Origin: Solirubrobacterales bacterium
Lineage (GTDB): Bacteria > Actinomycetota > Thermoleophilia > Solirubrobacterales > 70-9
DNA length: 40,374 nt
Assembly (NCBI GenBank): GCA_032119635.1
Contig: JAUMBO010000101.1
Coordinates: 1-40,374 of the forward strand
Direction of reading: 5' to 3'
In this document: positions 36,739-40,374 of the stretch, piece after piece
Position numbering within the stretch: the stretch's first letter is position 1
Layout of the letters: the number at the start of each line of letters is the position of its first letter
Translations under genes and position numbers: made by a program
The notes under the pieces: generated by a model
What the model saw: only the letters and a program-made list of their open reading frames with translations
Databases searched by the model: none
What the model was told of the DNA's origin: nothing

Positions 36739-38319
36739 GTGAAGGTCCTGGTCAAGGAGCAGATAGCGGAGTCGGGCATCGACCTGCTGCGCGAGCAGTT
36801 CGAGGTCGAGCTCGGGTTCGACATGTCGGACGAGGAGCTTGCCGAGCGGATCGGGGAATTCGACGCGATCCTGATCCGGTCGGCGACTACGATGACCCCC
36901 GAGCTGATCGCGGCGGCCGACAGGCTCAAGGTGATCGGACGTGCCGGTACGGGAGTCGACAACGTCGACATCCCGGCCGCCACCGAGCGCGGTGTGATCG
37001 TCGCCAACGCCCCCGAGTCGAACTCGGTGGCCGCGGCCGAGCACACGCTTGCCCTCGCGCTGGCCCTGTTCAGGAACGTCCCGCAGGCCCACTCGTCGCT
37101 GGTCGGCGGCGAATGGAACCGCTCGGCCTACAAGGGGGCGGAGCTCTATGGGAAGACGCTCGGGGTGATCGGTTTCGGCCGGATCGGCCAGCTCGTAGCC
37201 AGGCGGGCGCTGGCCTTCGAGATGGACGTCCTCGCCTTCGACAAGTTCGTCTCGCCGGAGCGCTTCGAAGAGCTCGGCGTCGTTGGTGTCGACGACGTCG
37301 ACCGGCTCTATGAAGCCGCCGACCTGATCACCATCCACCTGCCGAAGACTCCAGAGACCGTGGGCTGGATCGGTGCGGAGTCGATCTCGAAGATGAAGAC
37401 CGGGGTCAGGATCGTCAACTGCGCCAGGGGCGAGCTGGTCGACCTCGACGCGGTCCTCGAGGGGCTCGAGTCCGGCCGGCTCGGGGGTATCGCGCTGGAC
37501 GTCTTTCCGGAGGAGCCATTCACCGGGCATCCCTTGTTCGGGCGCGGTGACGTCGTCGTGACGCCCCACCTCGGCGCCTCTACCGCAGAGGCTCAGGATC
37601 GGGCCGGAACGGATACCGCCGAGCAGGTCACGGCGGCATTGACCGGTGGAGTGGTGACGAACGCGGTGAACATCCCGGCGGTCGATCCCGCGACGATGAA
37701 GGCGCTGGCACCCTACGTACCCGTCTGCGAGATGCTCGGGAAGGTCGCGGCCGGACTGATCGACGGTCCGCTCGGCTCGGTCGAGGTCGAGTTTCAGGGC
37801 GGTGTCGCCTCGAACGACACGAGGCTGCTCGGTGTGGCGGTCCTCGCCGGGATACTGTCCGGCCACACGGAGCAGCAGGTGAACCTGGTCAACGCCTCAC
37901 AGCTGGCCGAGGCCCGGGGAATCGAGATCGCGGGAACCAGCGCCCCCGAATCGGGCGACTTCACCGACCTGATCACGGTCACGGTCGGAGAGGGTGGGGG
38001 ACAGGTCTCGGTAGGTGGAACGGTCGCCGGGCCGAATCATGCGCCTCACCTGGCCTCGGTCTGGGAGGAGGAGTTCTTCATCCCGTTCGAGCCGCATATG
38101 GCGATCTTCCGATACTCCGACAGGCCCGGGATGATCGGCGCCGTCGGTCAGGTGATCGGAGATGCCGGCATCAACATCGGCTCAGCCGCCGTCGGCGCCG
38201 AATCCGATGGCGAGCAGGCGGTAATGGTGCTGACCATGGACCGTCCGCTGACCGAGTCGGCGATGGAGCAGATCCTCTCGCTCGAAGGCTTTGCCGAGGG
38301 CTCGGCCCTCGACCTCTGA
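36739..38319 (+). CDS. serA: D-3-phosphoglycerate dehydrogenase, long form with ASB and ACT domains (526 aa)
   Basis: GKTLGVIGFGRIGQLVARR (NAD fold), NCARGELVD, TPHLGAST and a C-terminal ACT region (MAIFRYSDRPGMIG). GTG start with a G-rich Shine-Dalgarno sequence. Confidence 0.92.
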   Translation: MKVLVKEQIAESGIDLLREQFEVELGFDMSDEELAERIGEFDAILIRSATTMTPELIAAADRLKVIGRAGTGVDNVDIPAATERGVIVANAPESNSVAAAEHTLALALALFRNVPQAHSSLVGGEWNRSAYKGAELYGKTLGVIGFGRIGQLVARRALAFEMDVLAFDKFVSPERFEELGVVGVDDVDRLYEAADLITIHLPKTPETVGWIGAESISKMKTGVRIVNCARGELVDLDAVLEGLESGRLGGIALDVFPEEPFTGHPLFGRGDVVVTPHLGASTAEAQDRAGTDTAEQVTAALTGGVVTNAVNIPAVDPATMKALAPYVPVCEMLGKVAAGLIDGPLGSVEVEFQGGVASNDTRLLGVAVLAGILSGHTEQQVNLVNASQLAEARGIEIAGTSAPESGDFTDLITVTVGEGGGQVSVGGTVAGPNHAPHLASVWEEEFFIPFEPHMAIFRYSDRPGMIGAVGQVIGDAGINIGSAAVGAESDGEQAVMVLTMDRPLTESAMEQILSLEGFAEGSALDL

Positions 38320-38323
38320 TTCA

Positions 38324-38357
38324 GCCGCCACTCGTTCGGCTAGCTGGCGGTGGCGGT
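38324..38357 (+). terminator. Hairpin just after the serA stop (gCCGCCAC ... GTGGCGGt); no U-tract
   Basis: 7-bp stem (38325-38331 pairs with 38350-38356) plus one G-U pair; 18-nt loop. A TGGCGG TGGCGG direct repeat offers an alternative register. Confidence 0.25.
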
Positions 38358-38361
38358 GCGC

Positions 38362-38367
38362 TACGCT
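38362..38367 (+). promoter_or_regulatory. Putative -10 hexamer TACGCT upstream of the leuA leader ORF
   Basis: TACGCT lies 8 nt before ATG 38376 and 5 nt before the in-frame GTG 38373. No Shine-Dalgarno sequence is present, so the leader ORF may itself be leaderless. Confidence 0.3.
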
Positions 38368-38375
38368 CCGTGGTG

Positions 38376-38447
38376 ATGAATCCCGTTTCGGCAAACCACG
38401 ACAGGGCCGGACTTCTCCTTCTGCTGCTCCCCCTCCGGGGGGAATGA
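38376..38447 (+). CDS. Leucine-rich leader peptide upstream of leuA (23 aa: MNPVSANHDRAGLLLLLLPLRGE)
   Basis: Hand translation of atg aat ccc gtt tcg gca aac cac gac agg gcc gga ctt ctc ctt ctg ctg ctc ccc ctc cgg ggg gaa tga. It has six consecutive Leu codons plus a seventh, and ends 64 nt before the leuA ATG. It is below the ORF-track size cutoff. Confidence 0.65.
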   Translation: MNPVSANHDRAGLLLLLLPLRGE

Positions 38448-38506
38448 TCGCCGGGCGGCGCGTAAGCCGCGAGCAGACAGGGATTCAGAATTCGAAGCAG
38501 AAGGAG
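38415..38506 (+). promoter_or_regulatory. Candidate anti-SD:SD long-range pairing in the leuA leader
   Basis: 38415-38425 CTCCTTCTGCT (inside the Leu-codon run) is the exact reverse complement of 38496-38506 AGCAGAAGGAG, which contains the leuA Shine-Dalgarno AAGGAG (ATG at 38512). Confidence 0.45.
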
Positions 38507-38511
38507 CAAGG

Positions 38512-40101
38512 ATGAACGGCGACCAGGCCGTCAACGACGCTAATCGCGTCCATATTTTCGACACCACATTGCGAGATGGCGAGCAGTCGCCGGGAATCTC
38601 GCTGAACACATCCGAGAAGGTCGAGATCGCGACCCAGCTGGCCAAACTCGGGGTCGACGTGATCGAGGCAGGTTTCCCGATCACCTCGCCGGGTGACTTC
38701 GAGGCGGTCGAGCGAATCGCTCGACAGGTCGAGGGCCCGGTGATCTGTGGCCTCGCTCGCGCCCAGAAGGGAGACATCGACGCCTCCTGGGAGGCGATCA
38801 GGGACTCGGAGCGGCCGAGGATCCACACCTTCATCTCGACCTCGGACATCCACATCCGCCACCAGATGAGGAATACCCGGGAGGACGTGATCAAGGGGGC
38901 GCGGGCGGCCGTGGCGCACGCCAGGTCGCTCTGTGAAGACGTCGAGTTCTCACCGATGGATGCGACTCGGGCTGACGTCGAGTTCACGGCCGAGGTCTGC
39001 GCAATCGCGGTCGAGGAGGGTGCGACCGTCGTCAACATCCCGGACACGGTCGGGTACACGACCCCGGAGGAGTACACGAAGTACTTCGAGGACCTGTACC
39101 GCTTCGCCCCGACGCTGGCAGGGGTCGAACTCTCGGTCCACTGCCACGACGACCTCGGGCTGGCGGTGGCCAACTCCTATGCCGGGTTGCTCGCCGGGGC
39201 GCGTCAGGTCGAGTGCGCTGTCAACGGCATCGGCGAGCGGGCCGGAAACTGCTCGCTGGAGGAGATCGCGATGCTGCTCAAGGTCCGGGGCGATGTCCAC
39301 GGCCTCCACACCGGTATCGAGACCCGGGAGCTGGCGAGGACGAGCCGCCTGGTCTCGCGCTTGACCGGCTACGCCGTGCCGCCGAACAAGGCCGTGGTCG
39401 GCCGTAACGCCTTCGCCCATGAATCGGGCATCCACCAGGACGGGGTGCTGAAGGAGCGCTCGACCTTCGAGATCATGGATGCGACCGAAGTCGGGTTCGA
39501 CTCGAACCAGATCGTGCTCGGCAAGCACTCCGGGAGACATGCACTCCGGGATGCCCTCGAGCAGCTCGGCTTCGTGGTCGAGGGCGAGGCGCTGAACCGT
39601 GCCTTTGCCCGGTTCAAGGAGGTGGCCGACCGCAAGAAGCAGGTCACGGCCCTCGATCTGGAGGCGCTGGTCTCCGACGAGATGCGCCGCGAGGGAGACT
39701 CCCATGAGCTCTCCTCATTCGAGGTGACCTCGGGTTCCGACCGTGACGCGGCCGCCACGGTGACGATCGCGCTGCCGGACGGAAAGACGAGCACCGCGAC
39801 CGCCGGTGGCGACGGGCCGGTCGACGCGATCTTCCAGGCGGTCCGCGATGCAACCGGGATCGAGTCCGAACTGCGGGAGTACAGGGTCGCCGCCGTCACC
39901 GGCGGGGAGGATGCCCTCGGCCAGGTCACGGTCGTCCTTCGCCAGCAGGGCGTGACCGCCTCCGGGCAGGGGGTGTCGACCGACATCCTCGAGGCATCGG
40001 CTCAGGCTTACGTCCGGGCGCTCGCCAACCTGGTGGCCGAGGTCGAGGCGAGGGACCGTGCCGGGACCGAAGCCGAAGGCAGCGCCGCCAAAGGTCCCTG
40101 A
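38512..40101 (+). CDS. leuA: 2-isopropylmalate synthase (529 aa)
   Basis: IFDTTLRDGEQSPG, HCHDDLGLAVANS, NGIGERAGNC, FAHESGIHQDG and a C-terminal LeuA dimerisation/regulatory domain. Strong AAGGAG Shine-Dalgarno 5 nt upstream. Confidence 0.94.
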   Translation: MNGDQAVNDANRVHIFDTTLRDGEQSPGISLNTSEKVEIATQLAKLGVDVIEAGFPITSPGDFEAVERIARQVEGPVICGLARAQKGDIDASWEAIRDSERPRIHTFISTSDIHIRHQMRNTREDVIKGARAAVAHARSLCEDVEFSPMDATRADVEFTAEVCAIAVEEGATVVNIPDTVGYTTPEEYTKYFEDLYRFAPTLAGVELSVHCHDDLGLAVANSYAGLLAGARQVECAVNGIGERAGNCSLEEIAMLLKVRGDVHGLHTGIETRELARTSRLVSRLTGYAVPPNKAVVGRNAFAHESGIHQDGVLKERSTFEIMDATEVGFDSNQIVLGKHSGRHALRDALEQLGFVVEGEALNRAFARFKEVADRKKQVTALDLEALVSDEMRREGDSHELSSFEVTSGSDRDAAATVTIALPDGKTSTATAGGDGPVDAIFQAVRDATGIESELREYRVAAVTGGEDALGQVTVVLRQQGVTASGQGVSTDILEASAQAYVRALANLVAEVEARDRAGTEAEGSAAKGP

Positions 40102-40153
40102 GCCCCACGAGCGGCGTCCCCGGCGCTGTCCGCGATAGCGGATGATCGTGTGT

Positions 40154-40159
40154 TATCGT
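40154..40159 (+). promoter_or_regulatory. Putative -10 hexamer TATCGT, 7 nt upstream of the XRE-regulator GTG
   Basis: TATCGT-gatcgca-GTG(40167). It is flanked by a 9-bp inverted repeat. Confidence 0.3.
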
Positions 40160-40166
40160 GATCGCA

Positions 40167-40374
40167 GTGACGACGATCATCGAACAGGCCCCTGAATCTC
40201 GATCCCCAGCTTCCCCACCGCCGGTCGGCGAACGGGTGAAGGCGCTCAGGGAGGGCCTCGGACTCTCCCTCCGCGGCCTTTCGGAGCGGAGCGGAGTCAG
40301 TCCGACGATGCTCTCGCAGGTCGAGCGCGGCGAGACCAGTCCGACCCTGGTGGTCGCCGAGCGGATCGCGACCG
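40167..40374 (+). CDS. XRE-family helix-turn-helix transcriptional regulator, N-terminal fragment (runs off the window end)
   Basis: Hand translation gives ...GERVKALREGLGLSLRGLSERSGVSPTMLSQVERGETSPTLVVAERIAT, a canonical HTH_3/XRE motif. An in-frame stop lies at 40143-40145, and candidate starts are GTG 40158 and GTG 40167. It is absent from the ORF track because it has no stop inside the window. Confidence 0.7.
   Translation, partial: MTTIIEQAPESRSPASPPPVGERVKALREGLGLSLRGLSERSGVSPTMLSQVERGETSPTLVVAERIAT

Noticed and set aside
38488-38496. Overlapping GAATTC/TTCGAA palindromes in a locally A+T-richer patch just upstream of the leuA Shine-Dalgarno sequence.
   Set aside because: These are 6-bp restriction-site-type palindromes that occur by chance, and they have no flanking symmetry. 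The patch is probably just the unstructured ribosome standby region.
38320-38511. A possible T-box or other riboswitch, or a classical Rho-independent attenuator, in the 192-nt serA-leuA spacer.
   Set aside because: There is no T-box consensus (no AGGGTGGNACCGCG-like box) and no specifier-loop architecture, and the spacer is too short. No GC stem followed by a U-tract is present. The Leu-codon leader ORF and the anti-SD pairing explain the spacer better.

Overview
This is a high-G+C chromosomal window (roughly two-thirds G+C by eye), densely packed with about 36 genes. GTG/TTG starts and 4-nt start/stop overlaps are frequent. The gene content (GatCAB, NDH-2, menaquinone pathway, an Rpf-like domain) and the apparently leaderless genes fit a high-GC Gram-positive (Actinomycetota-like) genome; that taxonomic guess is inference only. 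Most of the window is core metabolism and information processing. In order: Rpf-like fragment, sixA, dnaE, acyl-CoA dehydrogenase, glutamate decarboxylase, nfo, gltX, Rrf2(CymR-like)-cysK-cysE, pcrA-folD, gatCAB, ndh, ilvBN, a menFDCABE block, ilvC, serC, serA, leuA, and the start of an XRE regulator. I found no rRNA, tRNA, CRISPR array, transposase or integrase. Five things deserve a second look. (1) 19.8-24.9 kb: a confidently recognisable UDP-sulfoquinovose synthase (SqdB/SQD1) shares a 47-bp divergent promoter region with an operon of two tandem ArnT/PMT-like GT-C membrane glycosyltransferases and a DPM1/GtrB/ArnC-like GT2. No SqdX/SqdD-type partner is present, so this may be a lipid-carrier-dependent extracytoplasmic sulfoquinovosylation system. 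(2) An unannotated 23-codon leader ORF lies upstream of leuA and encodes LLLLLLPL. Its Leu-codon run is perfectly complementary over 11 nt to the leuA Shine-Dalgarno region. (3) A TANNNT hexamer recurs 6-7 nt upstream of the start codon of about 8 operon-first genes, which implies leaderless mRNAs and helps fix several start codons. (4) A six-gene menaquinone block sits between ilvBN and ilvC, and menF is translationally coupled to ilvN. (5) nfo and gltX are divergent and their 5' coding ends overlap. The many long ORFs antisense to real genes are high-GC shadow ORFs and were rejected.
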